64,000 bases of DNA from Octopus sinensis (Eukaryota), in contig NC_043004.1 of the NCBI RefSeq assembly GCF_006345805.1, positions 35,588,001-35,652,000 of the forward strand. The letters are read 5' to 3'. The notes under the pieces are model-generated. The model was not told the origin of the DNA, did not search any database, and saw only the letters and a program-made list of their open reading frames with translations. The position numbers and the translations under genes are program-made. Numbering within the stretch: the stretch's first letter is position 1; every line of letters begins with the position of its first letter. Of the stretch, positions 63,262 to 64,000 are shown in pieces.

Positions 63262-64000
63262 ACAAGGTATGTATGAGAAAAGGGATTGTTTCATCTCACA
63301 GAACAGAGATTAAGTGGTCAAGCTAGACTTGGATGTTGAATATCTCCCACGATAATTAACAACTAAGTATCAAAGCTTATAATGTGCAGAAAGAGACCCA
63401 GTGACACCTCTGATGGCAGGCTTCTATCCCCTCTCACAGGCTCTACCAGAACAAACAGACTAAATGTTCTGAGAAGTAAAACAGTAATAAAATGATAAAA
63501 AAAAGAAACTACCCTACATTTTATTTTTTATTTTTATTGGTGCTAAATCACATTTTCTATGAGCTCCTTATTGCAAAACCTGTCCAGGCTATGGAATATG
63601 TTTGTTGTTGTTGTTTTTTTCTGGTACTATGTAGATGTATTGTGGGTTTTTCCAGCTCAGTTATTTTCTTGTCAGTAGGCATATAACATAAAAGTAAAAC
63701 AATTGCAGGAAATGTTGCAGGCACTAAAAAACATGACCATATAAATAAATATACATAAAAATATCTACATCTGAGTGTACATTAGCATATTACTGGTAAT
63801 TGCACACTCCCATATTATAATCCTTATTGCTTAGTGTGAATAATTAGATTAATTTCAGCTTCACAAAACCTTGTACATATTAAATTTCTTATTTGTTGTT
63901 TAAATATAAGAACAACAGTTCATATTAGGTTATGCGTGATGAAATAGCCATTGAAGCATCACAAGGCAGAAATACACAGCCTGCAGTGCAATGATGTCAT

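Overview
AT-rich, repeat-dense eukaryotic DNA with a 100-N assembly gap at 19680-19779. The mix of SINE, RTE, Dong/R4-like, Tc1 and mariner repeats and the long (TA)n, (CA)n and (AAT)n tracts resembles an octopus (cephalopod) genome; this is an inference from repeat content only. I cannot identify an intact host protein-coding gene, and the window looks intronic or intergenic. Most listed ORFs are microsatellite read-through or decayed transposon frames. Recognisable content: a CR1/L2-group LINE relic, several RTE relics, about eight Dong/R4-like RLE retrotransposon fragments (most flanked by TAA or related trinucleotide repeats), a full-length decayed Tc1 and mariner with TIRs, hAT, Tigger and mariner MITEs, at least three tRNA-headed SINE families, and a Penelope-like GIY-YIG fragment. 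The most interesting signal is a minimal hammerhead-ribozyme module (CUGAUGA / stem II / GAAAC-GUU). It sits downstream of the Penelope GIY-YIG fragment at about 3.05 kb. It recurs at 45.5-46.0 kb as an inverted dimer fused to a tRNA-like Pol III head and bounded by a 12-bp direct repeat, which suggests a Penelope-mobilised, ribozyme-carrying SINE-like element. Other oddities are a perfect palindrome carrying a duplicated MITE, a diverged inverted repeat with codon-like divergence, higher-order minisatellites arising in RTE 3' UTRs, SINE multimers and a short locally templated insertion.
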